Assembly (NCBI GenBank): GCA_964016885.1
Contig: OZ024740.1
Coordinates: 162,936,001-163,000,000, forward strand
DNA: 64,000 bases
Reading direction: 5' to 3'
Source: Eledone cirrhosa
Lineage: Eukaryota
Made by a program: the position numbers and the translations under genes. Of this stretch, positions 63,036 to 64,000 are shown in pieces (position 1 is the stretch's first letter; each line of letters begins with the position of its first letter). The notes beneath the pieces are model-generated. The model saw only the letters and a program-made list of their open reading frames with translations. It was not told the origin of the DNA and made no database searches.

Positions 63036-63276
63036 TCACAAATCTGAGAGGCTCTGCAAGTTATGAACATTGCTCCTCTTCTTTGGACTAAATTATGAAA
63101 AACAAAATCTTACAGGTTTTATTAAAGAGAACTTTCATCTATAAAGTGAAATATAGAAAAAATACCCCATGCTTCAATAATATATATACGGAACTAATGA
63201 GATTTCAGAGTTTTCTATGAGGCAATGTGATGTCAAATTTGCAATATCCCCTTTCTGTAGGCTGGATAGGTAATTT
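63036..63276 (-). CDS. Candidate last two coding exons of an unidentified host gene (63276-63190 and 63087-63036)
   Basis: AG acceptors with pyrimidine tracts, GTATAT donor, compatible phases; spliced peptide NYLSSLQKGDIANLTSHCLIENSEISLVPPKKRSNVHNLQSLSDL*. No recognised homology. Confidence 0.25.
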
Positions 63277-64000
63277 CTAAAAGCCATCAAAGTATTATTG
63301 ATTCTATTCTTAATTGTTATAAACCATGAAATTGTTATTTAAATAATGAATTTAACTGCATGTATATGCTCAAGTGTTTACATATTACCTCAAATTATAA
63401 GATTGTTGTACAAACATATAAGGAGCATAGCTGCAGACATGTAGGAGGATAACATAAAATCTGTTGTAAGAGAAAACTGAAAAATTCCAAAGACAGGGGA
63501 AATTATTTCAATGTTATTTTATGCAATGGAAATCCATTCCATATTCTTATGGAGTAATTCCATGTTCAAATTTATATATGATTTAGATAGAAAATTCACC
63601 AGATTGTATAAAGTAAATCATCATCATCCTCATCATCATTTAATGTTCACTTTCCATGCTAGCATGGGTAGGACGGGCTGTCCCTTTGTCAGAGATCAGG
63701 TCTGAGGACCATGTTTTGCTCACACAGGGCTGATTAATGCATTGTCATATTTCAGCGACTGTGAAAAAAAAACAATTGATAAACACTTGGTTCATTTATA
63801 TTCTTCTGGTCATTCTTCAAACAAACATCTTGATCATGTCAACTGAGCAGATCCTACCATATAATCTGTATTTGATATGAACCTTTTACTTTAACAAGTT
63901 TCATTTTGAGTGGTTCATTTGCTTTATTGTCATTAAGAGGAATGAAGCTATTTTATACTTCTCTATCTCACAGCAAAATTAATCTCTAGAATTTGTTCTA

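Overview
AT-rich eukaryotic DNA made almost entirely of repeats. The mix of (TA)n tracts, RTE LINEs, tRNA-head SINEs and Penelope-like elements suggests an octopus or other cephalopod, which is inference only. No host gene can be called with confidence; there is one weak two-exon candidate near 63.0-63.3 kb. Mobile elements include several RTE LINEs with partner SINEs, a CR1-type LINE, two complementary CRE-clade fragments, an internally deleted Tx1/L1-like element, a Helitron plus a non-autonomous relative, hAT- and piggyBac-like MITEs, and four Penelope-like (RT/GIY-YIG) elements or fragments. The main signal is non-coding: I folded by eye about 23 complete type I hammerhead ribozyme (HHR) motifs from about 8 sequence families. 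They include a near-identical 310-bp tandem array (49.1-52.0 kb) and a ~542-bp partial-tandem family (18.0-19.9 kb) that resemble non-LTR retrozymes. One family has a fixed CAGAAGA core, two have very long helix II insertions, and inversion or truncation junctions repeatedly fall in helix II. None of the folds or homologies were computed or searched, and most element boundaries are approximate.
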